Made by a program: the position numbers and the translations under genes
Source of the DNA: Silvanigrellaceae bacterium
GTDB taxonomy: Bacteria; Bdellovibrionota_B; Oligoflexia; Silvanigrellales; Silvanigrellaceae
Direction of reading: 5' to 3'
Assembly: GCA_049423385.1 (NCBI GenBank)
Contig: JBMSQQ010000002.1
Span: 9,006-73,005, forward strand
DNA: 64,000 nt
The notes under the pieces: model-generated
Database searches by the model: none
What the model was told of the DNA's origin: nothing
The model's input: only the letters and a program-made list of their open reading frames with translations
Shown here: piece by piece, positions 1 through 7,822 of the stretch
How positions within the stretch are numbered: position 1 is the stretch's first letter
Layout: every line of letters begins with the position of its first letter

Positions 1-1182
1 TTGACGGGCGTCGAAGCTATTCAGACAGATCGTTCCAAATTGAAACAAATTTTAATCAATCTCACCGGAAACGCCCTAAAGTTCACTCAGAATGGGCGAG
101 TCACCCTCGAATTTTCGATGAGGGCCGATGGACGGCCTGTTCTCAGTGTTTCCGATACAGGAATCGGAATGACTCCAGAAAATCTCGCCAAGCTCTTCAA
201 GCCGTTTGTCCAGGCAGACACGGAGACCCAAAAGAAATTTGGCGGCACTGGACTTGGTTTGGCTCTCAGCAAGAAATTTGCTGAGCTGATGGGAGCTTCG
301 CTCGAAGTGACCAGTGTCGTTGGTCAAGGCAGCCGGTTCAATATTGTGTTCCCTGTTGTGAACGATTCGCAAGCAGGGGTGAACTCTGCACTTGTAAGTG
401 AGCCGGTCGTGCATCGCTCGACAGAAGACAACGTCGGCAAGCGAATTCTCGTTGTCGATGATGATCCACAGGCGATCGACTTGATGCGTCGTTTTTTGGG
501 TCGTCACGGTTTCGAATGCGTGAGTCTGAAAAATGGTTCGCAAGCGGTTGATGAAGCGAAGCGATTCAAGCCGGTTGCTATCCTGCTGGATGTTTACATG
601 CCGGGAATGGATGGTTGGACGACGTTTTCCAGGTTGAAAAACGATAAGGCAACAAAGGATATTCCGGTGATCTTCACGACCATGACAGACGAACGGACAT
701 TTGGTCTGTCATTGGGTGCACTGGATTATTTTACCAAGCCGGTCGATTGGAGCCGATTGGCTGAAGTGCTGGGTACGGTGGGAGGAGGCAACAGGACCTC
801 GGAATGCCTCCTTACCGAAGTTGAACCTGGAGCACGGGAAAAGCTTGCAAAAATGCTTGAAAGTCGTGGGTGGAAGACACGGACTGCGTTGACCACAGAT
901 GCGTTTGTTGATGCGATTGCAGCGCAAAAATACGATTTGGTGATTTTGGATGGACTCAACAGGGAACTCGATGAGGCCAAGTGTTTTGAAGCATTGAGCG
1001 GCAACAGTCCCAACCAGAACACTCCCGTGATTTATTGCACCGACCATCCGACCAATTTTCCGACCAATGAAGTGCTCAAGAGCCGAACAAAGGTTGTGTT
1101 TGCTGAAAACAATTCCGACACAGCGCAAGTTGAAAAGTCGATTTTCAATTTGCTTTCTGGTGGAAAGGAATCCCAAAAATGA
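1..1182 (+). CDS. Hybrid sensor histidine kinase, 5'-truncated by the window edge (HATPase + receiver + degenerate second receiver)
   Basis: N box LKQILINLTGNALKFT, G1 DTGIGM, F box LFKPFVQ, G2 GGTGLGL; receiver LVVDDD...LLDVYMPGMDG...TKP; second receiver lacks the acidic pair and KP. Confidence 0.9.
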   Translation: MTGVEAIQTDRSKLKQILINLTGNALKFTQNGRVTLEFSMRADGRPVLSVSDTGIGMTPENLAKLFKPFVQADTETQKKFGGTGLGLALSKKFAELMGASLEVTSVVGQGSRFNIVFPVVNDSQAGVNSALVSEPVVHRSTEDNVGKRILVVDDDPQAIDLMRRFLGRHGFECVSLKNGSQAVDEAKRFKPVAILLDVYMPGMDGWTTFSRLKNDKATKDIPVIFTTMTDERTFGLSLGALDYFTKPVDWSRLAEVLGTVGGGNRTSECLLTEVEPGAREKLAKMLESRGWKTRTALTTDAFVDAIAAQKYDLVILDGLNRELDEAKCFEALSGNSPNQNTPVIYCTDHPTNFPTNEVLKSRTKVVFAENNSDTAQVEKSIFNLLSGGKESQK

Positions 1183-1553
1183 CCAAGATATTGCTTGTGG
1201 AAGACAATCCAATGAACCGTGACATGCTGAGCCGCAGGCTCGTTCGTCGCGGATTCGAGGTGGTTTGCTCCGAAGACGGTGAGAGCGTGGCAGGAATACT
1301 GGCATCCGAAAGTCCTGCTCTGATTTTGATGTATATTTCACTTCCATGAATCGATGGATTGGATACAACCCGAAGAGTCAGGGCGGATTCAAAGTTCAAA
1401 AATATTCCGATCATTGCACTCACCGCGCACGCCTTTCAGTCTGATGAAATCGAGGCACGAGCTGCCGGTTGCGATGATTTTGAAACCAAACCAATTGAAC
1501 TCGACCGATTGCTGGAAAAAATGGGAGAATTGTTGAAAAAGAATGCTTCATGA
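1179..1553 (+). pseudogene. Single-domain CheY/DivK-like response regulator interrupted by an in-frame TGA (1347-1349), phosphoacceptor Asp replaced by Tyr
   Basis: Manual translation from ATG 1179: MTKILLVEDNPMNRDMLSRRL...LILMYISLP*IDGLDTTRRVR...IIALTAHA...GCDDFETKPI; family consensus is LILMDISLPGIDG; ATGA overlap with the upstream kinase. Confidence 0.8.
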
Positions 1554-3054
1554 ACGCGCAGTAGAATCCAAATTGGGTGCAGAAAAGAGCAGGTCGATCC
1601 TCCGTCATGATTTGAGGACGAATTTCAACGTCATCATTGGTTATTGTGAGATGTGTATCGAAGAGATCGCAGAGATTGATGCCAATGACAATCGATTGCC
1701 GGTATTTGAAAGTCTATTGTCTGAGATTCGAATCCTTCTCCGTGAAACCGAATACGCACTTGAGTCCGTGACCCTTGAATCCGACGAATTGTTTCGTGAC
1801 GAAATCTCGAGATGGTTGAAGAAGGCTCTTGTGCCTTCCATCCAGAAAATTGTTTTCAAGAAGGAACAGCAGTTGTCTTCTGAGGCTGGATATTCCAATC
1901 TGGGAAATCTGGACGATGCATTCAAGAAGCTGACCCAGAGATGCCTCAATCCATTTGCTGATTCGAGGCTCTTGTCTCGTCCTGAAGTGGTTTCTTTCCG
2001 CAGCGGCGAGAACGCAGATTCGATAGGTCACGTCCTGGTGATTGATGATCAAGCCGACAATCTCGTGCTTATCAAGCATCGCTTGGAAAAGTTGGGTCTG
2101 AGTGTTGAGGCGATGACGTCTGCCGTGAGTGCATTGGTGATACTTTCAGACAAGGAGTTTGATGCGATTCTTGTGGATTTGGATATGCCCGAGATGAGTG
2201 GTCTCGACTTTTTGAAGGAGTTGAAAAGTCGAAATCTTCTTGCGGATATTCCAACTTTGATTGTCACCGCTTCGGATGAGTTGGATCTGATTTCAGAATG
2301 CATCACTCTCGGCGCGGTTGATTTTCTTCCCAAACCTTTTGACAATTCCATTTTGATGGCCCGAATCGGTGCGACGATCGAAAGAAAGAAAAGCAGGGAC
2401 CGTGAAAAGCAGATGAGTCGTGAGTTGCATCTTGAAAAATCGCTCGTGGACGATCTCTTGGCGATGCTTTTGCCGATCGAAACCTTGAACGAACTCAAAC
2501 AGACAGGACGAGTCAAGCCACGGCGATTTTCGAACGTCTCTGTCATGTTTTGCGACGTGGTTGATTTTACAACCTATTGCGAATCACATGATCCCGAAAT
2601 TGTGCTTGAAAATCTTCACTCCATTTTTTCTGAATTCGACGCGATTGTCGAAATGCATGGCGTCCAGAAGATAAAAACCATTGGTGATTGTTACATGGCC
2701 GCTTGTGGCATGAATGGATCTCGCGAGGAGTCGTTTCACAAAGCACTTGCAAGTGCGTTTGCGATGATTGAGGCGACACGCAATCATCGCTCGGGCTGGA
2801 AAGTCCGGATTGGGATCCATGTGGGAGACGTGATTGGCGGTATTGCGGGTACGAGAAATTATCTTTTTGATCTTTGGGGTGACGTGGTAAACACCGCCGC
2901 CAGGCTGCAATCTGTTGGGGCTCCAATGACGGTGACCGTTATCAACGACAATCAGCTTCCCCTGCCGAAATGGGTTCAATCTGAAGAATTGGGCAAGGTG
3001 GATCTCAAAGGAAAGGGCGTCTACAGCGTAGCCACCCTCCAGATGAACAAATGA
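1543..3054 (+). CDS. Class III adenylate cyclase with N-terminal HisKA-like helix and receiver domain
   Basis: LRHDLRTNFNVIIGY (H-box-like); receiver VIDDQ...LVDLDMP...LPKP; cyclase motifs FCDVVDFT, KTIGDCYM, RIGIHVG, FDLWGDVVNTAARLQ (Lys/Asp specificity residues indicate ATP). Confidence 0.9.
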   Translation: MLHERAVESKLGAEKSRSILRHDLRTNFNVIIGYCEMCIEEIAEIDANDNRLPVFESLLSEIRILLRETEYALESVTLESDELFRDEISRWLKKALVPSIQKIVFKKEQQLSSEAGYSNLGNLDDAFKKLTQRCLNPFADSRLLSRPEVVSFRSGENADSIGHVLVIDDQADNLVLIKHRLEKLGLSVEAMTSAVSALVILSDKEFDAILVDLDMPEMSGLDFLKELKSRNLLADIPTLIVTASDELDLISECITLGAVDFLPKPFDNSILMARIGATIERKKSRDREKQMSRELHLEKSLVDDLLAMLLPIETLNELKQTGRVKPRRFSNVSVMFCDVVDFTTYCESHDPEIVLENLHSIFSEFDAIVEMHGVQKIKTIGDCYMAACGMNGSREESFHKALASAFAMIEATRNHRSGWKVRIGIHVGDVIGGIAGTRNYLFDLWGDVVNTAARLQSVGAPMTVTVINDNQLPLPKWVQSEELGKVDLKGKGVYSVATLQMNK

Positions 3055-3084
3055 AGTATCGCGGGTGAATGGCCAGGAATGCCT

Positions 3085-3699
3085 TCACTCACAGGCCACC
3101 GGAACGACGGTTGTCGACATGTTGTTTGAATTTTTCTTTTCAAGTCGGATGAAGCCGACCTTTGATTCGCAGGCAATCTCGAAGCGGAATTTGTTCATGT
3201 TTTTCACCTGCATGTCAATGCAGTAAGTTGATTTTGGGTTGAGCAGCTTCAGGTCGCTGTTGTTGACGTTTTTGAGTGAGATGCGCAGCAATATGAGACT
3301 TGGTTCGCTTGTGACCGGGTCTTCGTGAAGAGTGCTGTTGTTCTTGTTTTTTCCGTCGACGTCGACAACTTTGTAACTTTGGAAATTGCCGCCCGGATTC
3401 AACTTTTCAAGGCAGGCTCCCATGATTGCGTCATCCAGCTTGTCGGCGTCGGTTTTTCCATCCGCACTCACACCCTCTTTCGCTGGAACAGTTGAACTTG
3501 TTGGAGGTACAGCCGCGGCGTCTCCGGAAGCTGCGGTGACGTCATTCGAGAGGTCGGTTGATGCGTTGAAATCGCCATTCCCTGTTCCACTCAGCCGGGT
3601 TGCACGCAACGAGCCACCATTCGATGAATATTCGCTGGTGGAGCACGATGCCAGCAGTACGGTTGCAAGCAGACTGGTTGTTACAAGTGAGAGTTTCAT
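3085..3699 (-). CDS. Hypothetical lipoprotein with C-terminal Asn-rich repeats
   Basis: MKLSLVTTSLLATVLLASC lipobox; GGAGG RBS upstream; Ser/Thr/Ala linker then four K-N-x-N repeats. Confidence 0.75.
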   Translation of the reverse strand: MKLSLVTTSLLATVLLASCSTSEYSSNGGSLRATRLSGTGNGDFNASTDLSNDVTAASGDAAAVPPTSSTVPAKEGVSADGKTDADKLDDAIMGACLEKLNPGGNFQSYKVVDVDGKNKNNSTLHEDPVTSEPSLILLRISLKNVNNSDLKLLNPKSTYCIDMQVKNMNKFRFEIACESKVGFIRLEKKNSNNMSTTVVPVACE

Positions 3700-3725
3700 T
3701 TTAATGTCCTCCGCTTCCACGATAT

Positions 3726-3752
3726 TTATCGGATATTAATTTTAAACTTTTA
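3726..3752 (-). promoter_or_regulatory. Sigma28/FliA-like promoter TAAA-N15-TCCGATAA
   Basis: Matches TAAA-N15-GCCGATAA at 11 of 12 positions, 26 nt upstream of the lipoprotein start. Confidence 0.65.
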
Positions 3753-3851
3753 AAATATTTTTTCGAATCGTTTAAAATATGTGTAATATCTGATCGTTAA
3801 ATTTAAATTGAAAAACAATCATTTTCAGGAACCGTAATTTTTTTAAGTGCG

Positions 3852-3878
3852 TCAAGGTTCGAATTTGTTTTCCGATAC
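3852..3878 (+). promoter_or_regulatory. Sigma28/FliA-like promoter TCAA-N15-TCCGATAC
   Basis: Exact 15-nt spacer, 32 nt upstream of ATG 3911. Confidence 0.6.
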
Positions 3879-3910
3879 ACCCTCAGCGCGGGCACGTTGA
3901 AGGAGTCATC

Positions 3911-5026
3911 ATGAAAACTCGAAACCTTGTTCTGGTCGTTATGGGATTGACGGCGCTTGGAGTGGCCTGCAAGCCACGCGCTTTCAATGGTCTGGATTTG
4001 AGTCCGTCCGAGTCTCCAATTCAGTCCCTGAATACCAATCCTCAGGACGTATTTTCGAAGAACCGTTTTCATCTGATCACTCCCACAGGTGCGAAAATAT
4101 TCGCCGCAATCAAGACCTGGGAAAGTGGTCAGCTCAAACCCGATGCCGCGGGATTCTACGCCCAGCCTGCGATGTGCGCGTCCAATGCCTCAAGGGTATT
4201 GGAAATGGCTGGAGTCACCGGATACAGCTCTCCACTGCTTGTGGATATGGTCAATGCAGTGAAAAAGCGCGGTGGTCTTGTTCTTCAATTGCCCAAAGAC
4301 CCTGTTGCCATCGCTGAGAAGATCAAAAGTGTTTTTGGTGGACGTTTGCCTGTGGGTTCATTTGTAAGCGGATGTCTTCGGCCGGATTGTTCAGGACAAG
4401 CAGGTGATGGACATATTGCACTCGTCGGCGACATCGATGATTCGGGATATATAAAGATTTACCACAACAACTGGTATCGACCCGACAATGTACCTGACAA
4501 GCGCTGGCGGGAGTTCATGATTCCAATGGAATGGTACAACAAAGGCTATCGACGGATGTGGATGCCAACTCCGTGGGTTTACCTCAAGCGCGACAAACTT
4601 GGTTTTCCGAACAACATCATGGTGCGCATTCCGGAGATCGATGACCTCGACCCGACGAATTATTATGTCACGATTTCCATTCCTTCGGAAATCATGAAAG
4701 AGGTCTCAGCCAACAAGGGGGTCGTGACCGACGGAAAAGGCGAAGTGAAGGCGTTCGCGGCAACGCCCAATGTCACAAAGAACGATTCGCCCGATCTTGC
4801 GAAGTGCGACACTCTGACGATTTTGGACAGAAATGATCCCAATGGTGTGAACTTGCGGGGAACTCCCGTGGGTCAGGCGCTTTGCATGTTGCCGAATGGG
4901 ACCAAGGTTGAAAGGTTGGGTGTCGAGGGGCAATGGATTCGCGTCCGTGCCGAATGCCAAGGCATACGTCAGGAAGGGTACGTTTTTTCGTTTTTGACCC
5001 AGCCGGCGTGCCAGATGGAGAGATGA
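3911..5026 (+). CDS. Lipoprotein, putative papain-like (NlpC/P60/CHAP-type) amidase with C-terminal SH3b-like domain
   Basis: Lipobox LGVAC; MCASNASRVLEMAG and DGHIALVG as Cys/His dyad; C-terminal VNLRGTP...LPNGTKVERLGVEGQWIRVR...EGYV is SH3b-like; AAGGAG RBS. Confidence 0.6.
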   Translation: MKTRNLVLVVMGLTALGVACKPRAFNGLDLSPSESPIQSLNTNPQDVFSKNRFHLITPTGAKIFAAIKTWESGQLKPDAAGFYAQPAMCASNASRVLEMAGVTGYSSPLLVDMVNAVKKRGGLVLQLPKDPVAIAEKIKSVFGGRLPVGSFVSGCLRPDCSGQAGDGHIALVGDIDDSGYIKIYHNNWYRPDNVPDKRWREFMIPMEWYNKGYRRMWMPTPWVYLKRDKLGFPNNIMVRIPEIDDLDPTNYYVTISIPSEIMKEVSANKGVVTDGKGEVKAFAATPNVTKNDSPDLAKCDTLTILDRNDPNGVNLRGTPVGQALCMLPNGTKVERLGVEGQWIRVRAECQGIRQEGYVFSFLTQPACQMER

Positions 5027-5155
5027 GGCGCAGACCGCACTGTGGGCCGTTTTGTAATTGGCCAATGATTATTTCTTAAGGCTTTGTTTTTGTTTGATTA
5101 AAATATATCAGTCTCCGGATGCTCAGTGTTGTTCCCAAAAATGTGGACGCTGAGC

Positions 5156-5184
5156 TTGAAAGCTTTCATGCAGATTGCTATCAG
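5156..5184 (+). promoter_or_regulatory. Candidate sigma70 promoter of the rpsU-dnaG-rpoD operon (TTGAAA-N17-TATCAG, extended TG)
   Basis: Exact 17-nt spacer, TGn before the -10, about 70 nt upstream of rpsU. Confidence 0.5.
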
Positions 5185-5254
5185 CCCTGTTCTCGCTGAT
5201 GAGCCTGGCCACGCTGCCGGGACGATGAAATGCGACTGAAGGGGGGTGAATGAT

Positions 5255-5452
5255 ATGCCAGTTGTCAAACTGAAAGAAGGCGAAGCCTTTGAAAGCGCAA
5301 TGCGCCGCTTCAAGAAGCAGTGTGAAAAGGCAGGCATCCTCTCTGAAGTTCGCAAGCGCGAGCACTATGAGAAACCTTCCGTGAAGATCAAGCGCAAGCG
5401 CATGGCCGCTCGCAAGCGTGCACTCAAGAAGCTGAAAAAGCTCGGTTCTTGA
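5255..5452 (+). CDS. rpsU: 30S ribosomal protein S21
   Basis: [42 protein letters not shown]; upstream of dnaG. Confidence 0.98.
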   Translation: MPVVKLKEGEAFESAMRRFKKQCEKAGILSEVRKREHYEKPSVKIKRKRMAARKRALKKLKKLGS

Positions 5453-5485
5453 TCGCAATGACAAAAGGCAGTGTTGCCTGGAACG

Positions 5486-5509
5486 GGAGGACCTTGCGTC
5501 CTCCTTTTT
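5486..5509 (+). terminator. Intrinsic terminator between rpsU and dnaG
   Basis: GGAGGAC-cttgc-GTCCTCC followed by TTTTT. Confidence 0.8.
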
Positions 5510-5528
5510 CTTTCTCTACCAAATCAGC

Positions 5529-7694
5529 ATGAATCAAACTGTGTCTGGCGGTCGCATCCGCGAATCATCCATTGATGCTCTCCGGGAACGAATCAATCTT
5601 GTTGAGGTTGTTTCGCAGACGGTCAGTTTGCGGAAAAGTGGTTCGCGTTACATGGGGAAATGTCCTTTCCATGAGGATTCGTCACCGTCGTTTCTTGTTG
5701 ATGACAAGCATTACCATTGCTTTGGCTGCAAAGCCCACGGGGATGCAATCTCCTTTGAAATGAATCGCTCGGGCTGCACCTTTCCGGAGGCTGTGGAAAC
5801 CTTGGCAAACCGTTTCAACTTTGCCTTGGATTATGAAACGAATTCCAGGGAGTCGGATGCCGACAGGCAGTTGCGCGAGCAAAAAAGATCAATTTCGCAC
5901 ATCATGACCGAAGTGACCCGCGCCTATTCCCAGTATTTGTGGTCAAGGGATGGTGACACAGCGCGCGAATATCTCTTGAACAGGGGCTTTACGGAAAGCA
6001 CATTGCGCGACTGGGAAATTGGTTTGTCGCCTCAATCGAGCGTGCTTGTGCGCATGGCAGAAAAGCGTGGTTGGAATCTGGAGCACCTGATCTCGGCCGG
6101 GCTTGTTCGCCGACGCGAAAATTCATCCGAGAGTTATGATTTTTTTCGCGACAGAATCATGATTCCAATTCGCGATGAAAAAGGCTCGCCCATCGCATTT
6201 GGGGCAAGAATTTACCGTACAAATGCAAATTCCGGAAATGCCGGCCCCAAATACTTGAATTCCCCTGAAACACCCGTGTTCCAAAAATCGAAGACATTGT
6301 TCAACTTCAACAGGGCTCGCAATGCCATTGTACAATCCGGGTTTGTGGTTGTTGTTGAAGGTTACATGGACTGTCTTGCAATCGCGCGCGCCGGTATTCA
6401 AAATGTTGTTGCAGTTCTCGGAACTGCTCTGACACCTGATCACATCAAGCGACTTGCACGGCTGACAAAACGAGTTGTCCTTTGTTTTGACAGCGACAAT
6501 GCAGGTCGCGAGGCTGCCCGGAAGGCGTTCGACATCGGCTTTCCATTGAATCTTGTTGAACTCCAGTTTGTGTCCGTGCCCAGCGGCAAGGACCCCGATG
6601 ATTTTATTCGCGAGCATGGGGTGCAGGCGTTCTCTGGTTTGCTGGACCGCGCTGTTTCTCTTGCAAGCTGGGTCTGTGATTATTGTCTCGCCCAGGGTAC
6701 GACCCGCGAAGCACAGCTGAGAAAAATCAAATCCGACTTTGTTCCGGTTGTGATGCGCAACCCGGACCCTGCTGTTCGTGAAATCACCCTGGAAATGGCT
6801 GCTGTCGCGTTGGGATTGTCGAAGGCAAGTTCGCTTATCAGTGGCTTTATGCCGGGTCCACAGTCTGATGGCAGGAAGGGAACCGGCGCTCAGCTTTCTG
6901 GAGACCGGGCTGATGGCTCGCCGAAACCGTCACAGCCTGTCAGTTTGAAACCTGTGGACGGCCCGGAAGTTTCCGTGGGCGATGCGAACGAACCCGATGC
7001 TGTCGCTGTATCGTCTGCCGACGAGGTGATGTTTTACGTGATGTTGGCGCATGCCCAACTTGAGATGTTGCCTTCAAGACTGAAAAACGTGCTTTGTGGT
7101 GAACAAAGTGACGAGGCCATGGATGAAATTGTGCTGGCCCAGATGCTGGCAACGGACGACGTGGGTGGACTCGCACAGGCATTTCTGGCCTGGAGTGAAG
7201 TTCTTTGCGCTCCGGAAAACGAAGGACGAGCACTTGTTGATGTTGTGAGTGGTCCTTGTCTCAGTGTTGATATTATTCTTCAATTACGGGCTCTTGCGAC
7301 GCTTCATCCGGAGAGCTTGCTCGAGGTTGGCTTGGAAGGTTGGGTTCGAGGAGTGCTCGAAGGGGGCGAGAACCAGGCGCTCGCTCCAAAACTCAGAAAT
7401 TCTGAAAATATTTTTGATCCCGTGAATCTTTCTTTCGTGCGAATGGTTGTGCGCGATGCCAAGGTTTCGAGGGCGAGTGGCAAGCTTGCTTTGGCACTGA
7501 ACCGAATTCTGGCTCAAATCGAAATTTCCTATTTGGATCGGGAGATTGAAGCAACCACCAGACTTCTCCGGGAGTTGGGGCCATCGGGCAATGACAGCCC
7601 TGAGCAGGGGGAGTTGATTCAATATCGATTGCGCAAGCTGACGGACGAGCGCGTTCGTCGATACCAGAAGTTTGTTCTGAAGCCGAGTCCTTGA
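5529..7694 (+). CDS. dnaG: DNA primase with long atypical C-terminal region
   Basis: Zinc finger CPFHED...CFGC, KYLNSPET, TOPRIM VEGYMD, CFDSDNAG, KDPDD. Confidence 0.97.
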   Translation: MNQTVSGGRIRESSIDALRERINLVEVVSQTVSLRKSGSRYMGKCPFHEDSSPSFLVDDKHYHCFGCKAHGDAISFEMNRSGCTFPEAVETLANRFNFALDYETNSRESDADRQLREQKRSISHIMTEVTRAYSQYLWSRDGDTAREYLLNRGFTESTLRDWEIGLSPQSSVLVRMAEKRGWNLEHLISAGLVRRRENSSESYDFFRDRIMIPIRDEKGSPIAFGARIYRTNANSGNAGPKYLNSPETPVFQKSKTLFNFNRARNAIVQSGFVVVVEGYMDCLAIARAGIQNVVAVLGTALTPDHIKRLARLTKRVVLCFDSDNAGREAARKAFDIGFPLNLVELQFVSVPSGKDPDDFIREHGVQAFSGLLDRAVSLASWVCDYCLAQGTTREAQLRKIKSDFVPVVMRNPDPAVREITLEMAAVALGLSKASSLISGFMPGPQSDGRKGTGAQLSGDRADGSPKPSQPVSLKPVDGPEVSVGDANEPDAVAVSSADEVMFYVMLAHAQLEMLPSRLKNVLCGEQSDEAMDEIVLAQMLATDDVGGLAQAFLAWSEVLCAPENEGRALVDVVSGPCLSVDIILQLRALATLHPESLLEVGLEGWVRGVLEGGENQALAPKLRNSENIFDPVNLSFVRMVVRDAKVSRASGKLALALNRILAQIEISYLDREIEATTRLLRELGPSGNDSPEQGELIQYRLRKLTDERVRRYQKFVLKPSP

Positions 7695-7705
7695 GTTTCT
7701 GGGGC

Positions 7706-7734
7706 TTGCATTATTTTGCTGTGGCGCATATGTG
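7706..7734 (+). promoter_or_regulatory. Candidate internal sigma70 promoter for rpoD (TTGCAT-N17-TATGTG)
   Basis: Exact 17-nt spacer in the dnaG-rpoD intergenic region. Confidence 0.4.
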
Positions 7735-7822
7735 TGGGTGTATTTCTGGATACCTGTCACTGGTCAGGCTCAGGCGAATGTGAAACTGCGCCGTGCTTTT
7801 GCTGTCGAAAAGGGAGTTCTCC

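Noticed and set aside
1347..1349. In-frame TGA at a conserved Gly position, suggesting TGA=Gly recoding or selenocysteine
   Set aside because: TGA is the normal stop of rpsU, dnaG, rpoD, pheS, pheT and many others here; no other conserved gene has an internal TGA; the aligned residue is Gly, not Cys
3855..3866. GGTTCGAAT resembling a tRNA T-loop
   Set aside because: No cloverleaf can be built; it is the spacer of the sigma28-like promoter
5196..5232. Hammerhead-like CTGATGAG...GAAA upstream of rpsU
   Set aside because: The stem is followed by ACGATGAAA rather than CGAAA, and stems I and III cannot be formed; likely an ordinary leader hairpin
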